Shown: one piece after another, positions 59,086 to 64,000 of the stretch
Numbering within the stretch: the first letter of the stretch is position 1
How the letters are laid out: each line of letters begins with the position of its first letter
NCBI GenBank assembly: GCA_034520945.1
Contig: JAXHNB010000002.1
Span: 367,759 to 431,758, forward strand
Length of the DNA: 64,000 nucleotides
Direction: 5' to 3'
Source of the DNA: Trueperaceae bacterium
Lineage (GTDB): Bacteria > Deinococcota > Deinococci > Deinococcales > Trueperaceae
The notes under the pieces: generated by a model
Seen by the model: the letters and a program-made list of their open reading frames with translations, nothing else
The model's database searches: none
What the model was told of the DNA's origin: nothing
Made by a program: the position numbers and the translations under genes

Positions 59086-60128
59086 GCCAGCAACTCCTCT
59101 CGCGTGCCGCGCGCCAGCACGGTCCGGCCGTCCGCCGGGGTGGCCTTGCGGTACAGCGGATCGTAGTAGTCGTGCAACAGCGGTTCGATCACGCCGCGGA
59201 ACGCCTCGGGATCGTCCCACGCGCCCTGCGCGTGCGCGTCCTCCAGCGCGGCCACCATCCGCTCGGTAGGCTCGGCGCCCAGCCGCCTGCGCAAGCGTCG
59301 CACGGACGCCGCCAACGCCGCCAGCGTCGCCGCCTCGCCGTCCCGCCGGGCCGGCGCCAGCGCGTAGTCGCGGTGGATGCGGCGAACGCGTGCGTCCAGG
59401 TCGTCCTCGAGGACCAGCAGTGGGGCGCGCCGCACTACCTCGTACACCGCCTCGGGTAGGTGCAGCCGCCCCACGTTGCGGGACTCGTCCTCCAGCAACA
59501 CCGTCTCCTCGCGGCCCAGCAGCAGCGGCAGCGCCAGCCGGTGCTCGAAGGTCGCCTGGGCCGGCTGCGGCCCGTCGGCCCCGAACGTGCTGCCACGGTG
59601 CCCCGCCGCCCCCTCCAGGTCCAGGACCAACAGCGACGGGAGCGACATGGCGGCGTGCAGCAGCTCGGTCTTGCCGCTGCCGGTCGGGCCGGTCACCACC
59701 CACGCCGTCCGCCGCGCCAGCGACGGCGCCAGGGACGCCACCAGGTGCGCCCGCACCGCCTTGTACCCGCCCGCCACGCGCGGCACCTGCGGTGGCGCCG
59801 TGAAACGCTGCGCCAGCTCGCTCCGCATGCCGCCACGCCAGCACATGAACGCGCTCGGTTGGCCCTCGGCCGCCTGGCGCCAGGCGCGCACGCGGCGGGG
59901 CATGTCGGCCTGCGTCCGGATCCGACCCTCCTCGACGGCGGCGTCCTGTCCCTCCTGGGCGTAGCGCGCGCCCACCGCGTCGCGCTCGTCGTCGCTCAGG
60001 ATCGGCAGCGGCAGCGCCCCCGGCAGTGCGCCCTTCGCCACCTCGCGTGGTGCGCGCACGTCGATGATCCGGCGGGCCGGCCGGCCCGCGCGGGGCGGCA
60101 GGAGCTGGTCGGGACGGACCTCGTTCAC
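59070..60128 (-). CDS. selU: tRNA 2-selenouridine synthase
   Basis: Rhodanese IDVRAP...CWRGGMRS, GGYKA, P-loop GPTGSGKT, DLEGAAGHRGSTFG, EDES, YYDPLY; overlaps selD. Start could be ATG 60137. Confidence 0.92.
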   Translation of the reverse strand: MNEVRPDQLLPPRAGRPARRIIDVRAPREVAKGALPGALPLPILSDDERDAVGARYAQEGQDAAVEEGRIRTQADMPRRVRAWRQAAEGQPSAFMCWRGGMRSELAQRFTAPPQVPRVAGGYKAVRAHLVASLAPSLARRTAWVVTGPTGSGKTELLHAAMSLPSLLVLDLEGAAGHRGSTFGADGPQPAQATFEHRLALPLLLGREETVLLEDESRNVGRLHLPEAVYEVVRRAPLLVLEDDLDARVRRIHRDYALAPARRDGEAATLAALAASVRRLRRRLGAEPTERMVAALEDAHAQGAWDDPEAFRGVIEPLLHDYYDPLYRKATPADGRTVLARGTREELLAWLNG

Positions 60129-60228
60129 GCCCGTCATGGTAGCCGCGAACGCCGGGCCGGGCCGCGACGCGCGGTACGCGCGCCGCGCAGGCCCACTGCC
60201 CGCGCCCGCGGGGTGTAGCATCGCGCGC

Positions 60229-61461
60229 ATGGACCTGGCCCGCGCCGCGCAGCGCATCACCACCGGCCTATTCATTGCGCACAGCCTCGGGTCGGCCGGC
60301 GTGATCGCCACCGCCACCGTGGCGTCCATCGTCGGGGCGGAACTGTCGGGACGCACGGCGTGGGCGGGCCTGCCCGCCGCGGCGTTCCAGATCGGGACGG
60401 CGCTGGCGGCGCTGCTGGTGGGCGCGCTTACCGCCCGCTGGGGGCGCCGGCCCGGCCTGACCGCGTCCGGTGCCCTGGGCACGCTCGGCATGGCGGGCGC
60501 CGCCGCCTCGGCGGTGTACGGCGCGTTCGGCGTGATGCTGGCCTGCCTGTTCGTGGCCGGCACCGCCAACGCGGCCGTCCGCTTCGCGCGGTTCACGGCG
60601 GCCGAGGTGAACCCCGCCGCCCGCCGCGGCCGCGCGGTCGCGATCGTGGTGATGGGCGGCATCGTCGGCTCCGTGCTGGGGCCCGCGCTGGTCGCGCCCA
60701 GCGGTGCGCTGACGCAGGCGGCCGGCCTGGGCGAGCTGGCGGGGCCGTTCGTCGCCGCCGCGCTCCTGTTCCTGTTGGCCATGATGGCGTTCACGGTCTT
60801 CCTGCGACCCGAACCGCGCGAGGTGGCCGAGGCGCTGGAGGCCAGCGTTCCCGCAGGCGCCGGCGCCCCCGCCAGCGCGCGGCCGTTGCGGGTGCTGCTG
60901 CGCGATCCCGGCGTGCGGACCGCCATGGTCTCCCTGGTCCTGGCGCAGGGGGTGATGGTGATGGTGATGGGCATCACCTCGCTGTACATGCGGGATCAGG
61001 GCCACGCCCTGGCGGCGATCGGCTGGGTGTTCTCCGCCCACACCCTGGGCATGTTCGCCTTCTCGGTGGCGTCCGGCTGGGCCACCGACCGCTTCGGCCG
61101 GACTCCCGTGCTGCTGGCGGGCGGCGCCGTCCTGGCGTTGGCCTGCCTGCTGGCGCCGCTTTCGGCGGCGTTCCTGCCGCTGTTGGTGGCGCTGTTCCTG
61201 CTGGGGCTCGGCTGGAACCTGTGCTACGTGGCGGGGTCGGCGTTGTTGACCGACCGCCTCTACACCGGCGAGAAGTCCCGCACGCAAGGGGTCAACGACC
61301 TGTTCATGGGCAGCGTCTCCGCCGCCAGCAGCCTGGGGGGTGGCGTGGTGTACGCCGTCTTCGGCTTCTCGACCATGGCGTACGCCGGTCTGGTGGCTTC
61401 GTTGGTGCTGTTGGCGGTGGTGGCGGCGCCGCGGGCGCGGCGGCGGCTGCGGCCGACGTGA
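60229..61461 (+). CDS. MFS transporter
   Basis: ~12 TM helices, motif A (ARWGRR, TDRFGR), RFTAAE, AHTLGMF, LLGLGWN. Confidence 0.88.
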   Translation: MDLARAAQRITTGLFIAHSLGSAGVIATATVASIVGAELSGRTAWAGLPAAAFQIGTALAALLVGALTARWGRRPGLTASGALGTLGMAGAAASAVYGAFGVMLACLFVAGTANAAVRFARFTAAEVNPAARRGRAVAIVVMGGIVGSVLGPALVAPSGALTQAAGLGELAGPFVAAALLFLLAMMAFTVFLRPEPREVAEALEASVPAGAGAPASARPLRVLLRDPGVRTAMVSLVLAQGVMVMVMGITSLYMRDQGHALAAIGWVFSAHTLGMFAFSVASGWATDRFGRTPVLLAGGAVLALACLLAPLSAAFLPLLVALFLLGLGWNLCYVAGSALLTDRLYTGEKSRTQGVNDLFMGSVSAASSLGGGVVYAVFGFSTMAYAGLVASLVLLAVVAAPRARRRLRPT

Positions 61462-61506
61462 GCCGCGGCGCGTGCGGCGCGCGGGTCACGGCGTAGGCTA
61501 CGGGTC

Positions 61507-62160
61507 ATGAGCGACGGCGACCGCGCGGGTGGGCGCAGTGATACGCGGACGGTGCCCGCCGTTCCGGCGGAGCGCCGCATGGGCGTGGTCCAACGCGTCG
61601 TCGGGCAGCTGGTGCCGCGGCGCCGCCACCTGCGGGGCACCGTGTACCTGCTGCTGGACCACTCCACCAGCATGGGCGATCCCGACAAGATGACGCAGAT
61701 GCGCGAAGGCGCGGTGCGATTCTTCCTGGAGGCGGTGCAGCGCGGCTACGCCGTGGGGGCGGTGTCGTTCGCCGACCGGGCGGCGCTGATCACCGGCGCC
61801 AGCCTGGACGCGCACCGCTTCTGGCGGCGCGTGCACGAACTGCGGCCGTACGGGCGCACCGCCATGGCGCGGGCCCTGCGGACCGGCACGGGCCGGCTGA
61901 ACCTGCGGCGGGGGCGCAAGGTGCTGGTGCTGATCACCGACGGGGTGCCAGACGACCGGGACGGCACGCTCGAGGCGGCGCGCATGGCGCGCGCCGCGGG
62001 CATCACGCTGATTCCCATCGGCACCGGCAACGCCGATCACGCCTTCCTGGCGGCGCTGGCGGGCCGGCCCGAGCTGGTGCGGCACGTGCCGCGTGCCGCC
62101 TGGGCGGAGGCGATCGCCGAGGTGGCCACCGGGCTGTCTTCTGGTCGCGCGCCCGGGTGA
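61507..62160 (+). CDS. Stand-alone von Willebrand factor A domain protein
   Basis: MIDAS LLDHSTSM, GRTAM, LITDG; TAGGCT-N7-ATG. Confidence 0.85.
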   Translation: MSDGDRAGGRSDTRTVPAVPAERRMGVVQRVVGQLVPRRRHLRGTVYLLLDHSTSMGDPDKMTQMREGAVRFFLEAVQRGYAVGAVSFADRAALITGASLDAHRFWRRVHELRPYGRTAMARALRTGTGRLNLRRGRKVLVLITDGVPDDRDGTLEAARMARAAGITLIPIGTGNADHAFLAALAGRPELVRHVPRAAWAEAIAEVATGLSSGRAPG

Positions 62161-62250
62161 ACGCGCGGCGTCCAGGCGGCGCGCGAGGTGACGCCGGGCC
62201 GCCGGCCGGCGCGGACGCGGCGGTAGGATGCGCGGCCGGGAGGTGAGGGC

Positions 62251-63234
62251 GTGACGACCGCAGCGCGGGCGAGGGAGACGGCGCCAGAGGACGCGCGGCA
62301 GCAGACCGGCCCGCCGGTGGTGGTGGCACGGGGCCTGACCAAGCGCTACGGCGGGTTCGAGGCGGTGTCCGACGTCGACTTCGAGGTGCGCGCCGGCGAG
62401 GTGCTGGGCCTGCTGGGCCCCAACGGGGCCGGCAAGTCCACCGTGATGCGGATGATCTACCAGGTCACGCCACCCAGCGCCGGGTCGCTGCACGTGTTCG
62501 GGCACGAAACCGGGCGCGAGGCGCGCCGCATCAAGGGCCGCCTGGGCGTGGTGCCGCAGATGGACAACCTGGACGAGGACCTCACCGCCCGCGACAACCT
62601 CCGCATCTACGGCCGCTACCACGCGCTCGGCGCGGCGGAGGCCCGCCGGCGCGCCGACGAGCTGCTGGCGTTCGCCGAGCTGGAACGCAAGGCGGACGCG
62701 CAGGTGCGCGAGCTGTCCGGCGGCATGAAGCGGCGCCTGACGCTGGTGCGGGGGCTGGTGTCCGACCCGGAACTGGTGGTGCTGGACGAGCCGACCACCG
62801 GCCTGGACCCGCAGGTGCGCCTCAGCCTGTGGGACAAGCTGGACGCGCTCAAGGCCGGCGGCGCCACCCTGCTGATGAGCACCCACTACATGGACGAGGC
62901 CGAGCGGTTGTGCGACCGGTTGTTGATCATGGATCAGGGCCGGATCGTCGCGGCCGGCTCGCCCGCCGAGCTGATCCGCGCCTCGCTGCCGCCCTACGTG
63001 GTCGAGGCGCGGCTGGCGGGCCGGGACGATGCGCCGTTTCGCCGCCTGGCCGACCCGAGCGGCAGCGACTTCGTGCGGGCCGCAGGCCGCGTCAGCGTGT
63101 TCGTGCAGGACGGCCGAGAGGCGCTGACGCGCGTACTGGATGACGGCGTCGACCCGGAACGGGCCTTCGTGCGTCCCAGCAACCTCGAGGACCTGTTCCT
63201 GCGCCTCACCGGCCGCGCCCTGCGGGAGGCGTGA
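62251..63234 (+). CDS. ABC transporter ATP-binding protein (NodI-like)
   Basis: GPNGAGKST, LSGGMKRRL, LDEPTTGLDPQ, THYMDEAERLCD. Confidence 0.92.
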   Translation: MTTAARARETAPEDARQQTGPPVVVARGLTKRYGGFEAVSDVDFEVRAGEVLGLLGPNGAGKSTVMRMIYQVTPPSAGSLHVFGHETGREARRIKGRLGVVPQMDNLDEDLTARDNLRIYGRYHALGAAEARRRADELLAFAELERKADAQVRELSGGMKRRLTLVRGLVSDPELVVLDEPTTGLDPQVRLSLWDKLDALKAGGATLLMSTHYMDEAERLCDRLLIMDQGRIVAAGSPAELIRASLPPYVVEARLAGRDDAPFRRLADPSGSDFVRAAGRVSVFVQDGREALTRVLDDGVDPERAFVRPSNLEDLFLRLTGRALREA

Positions 63235-64000
63235 TGGTCGACGTGCACAGCGCGGGGCGCGTGTGGCTCCGCAACCTGTGGGTGTTCCGCGACCGCTGGT
63301 ACTACGGGTTGCTGCCGAACTTCTTCGAGCCGGTGTTCTACCTGTTGGGGATGGGCGTCGGCCTGGGCTACTACGTCAGTACCGGCGGCGCGTTCGCCGG
63401 TGACTACCTGGGCTTCATCGCGCCCGGCCTGGTCGCGGCGGCCGCCATGAACGGTGCCTCGTTCGAGACCACCTACAACGTGTTCGTCAAGCTGCACTTT
63501 GGCCGCATCTACGACGCCACCATCGCCACGCCCGTCAGCATCGAGGACGTCACCGTCGGCGAAGCGGCCTGGGCCACCACCCGCGCCCTGCTGTACGGCG
63601 GCGTGTTCCTGTTGGTGACGCTGTTCTTCGGGACCGAGGTCAGCTGGCGGCTGCTGCCCGCTTTGGCGGCCCTCGCGTTGGTCGGCTTCGCCTTCGCGGC
63701 GCTGGGCTTGGCCTTCACGGCGGTGGTGCCGACCATCGAGCTGTTCTCGTACTACTTCACCCTGTTCCTGACGCCGTCGTTCCTGTTCAGCGACATCTTC
63801 TTCCCGGTCGCGGAACGTTTCCCGCCGTTCTTCGCCACCTTGGCGGCGTTCACGCCGCTGTACCGCAGCGTGCAGCTGGTGCGCGGGCTGGTGCGCGGCG
63901 AGTACGCCACCGTGCCGTGGGACGTGGCCTACCTGCTGGCGTTCGGGACGGTTCTGCTGGCGTTCGCGGTGTGGCGGATGCGGAAGCGGATGATCACCTG
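63234..64000 (+). CDS. ABC-2 permease (NodJ-like); stop codon probably cut by the window edge
   Basis: Manual translation MVDVHSAGRVWLRN...FFEPVFYLLGMGVGLG...YLGFIAPGL...FLFSDIFFP...TPLY...RKRMIT, then TG at the window end. Confidence 0.9.
   Translation, partial: MVDVHSAGRVWLRNLWVFRDRWYYGLLPNFFEPVFYLLGMGVGLGYYVSTGGAFAGDYLGFIAPGLVAAAAMNGASFETTYNVFVKLHFGRIYDATIATPVSIEDVTVGEAAWATTRALLYGGVFLLVTLFFGTEVSWRLLPALAALALVGFAFAALGLAFTAVVPTIELFSYYFTLFLTPSFLFSDIFFPVAERFPPFFATLAAFTPLYRSVQLVRGLVRGEYATVPWDVAYLLAFGTVLLAFAVWRMRKRMIT

Overview
High-GC bacterial chromosomal segment, most consistent with Deinococcota (Trueperaceae-like). This is inferred from the RecA Walker A (GPEAGGKT), the pyrR-pyrB-pyrC and sufC-sufB-sufD-Rieske gene orders and pervasive leaderless promoters. 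About 60 CDSs, mostly housekeeping: tkt, bioY, a FadF-like Fe-S oxidoreductase, pyrRBC, sufCBD, ispF, acs, trkAH, lnt, a diadenylate cyclase, trmFO, ltaE, aroE, dsbAB, sodA, comEA/comEC, holA, meaB, coaD, hslO, plsY, recA, korAB, clc, selD/selU and a NodI/J-like ABC exporter. I found no rRNA, tRNA, CRISPR array, IS or prophage. The most striking unexplained element is a self-contained ~170-nt minus-strand transcription unit at 2340-2548 with its own -35/-10 and terminator. Its 5' end can pair over 16 nt with the 16S rRNA 3' tail, it has no canonical start codon behind that super-SD, and it carries a switchable internal anti-SD. It is a candidate 30S-binding RNA. Other notable items are an Arg-rich leaderless uORF coupled to the diadenylate cyclase, a decayed two-component locus beside a secreted Asp-repeat protein, a P-loop-less Ser/Thr kinase between comEC and holA, a recA with anomalous G/T codon usage and a palindrome on its promoter, an Hsp33 with an extra Cys4 module, a selU-selD pair and a +1 frameshift in transketolase. 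Product calls come from motif recognition only; no database searches were run.
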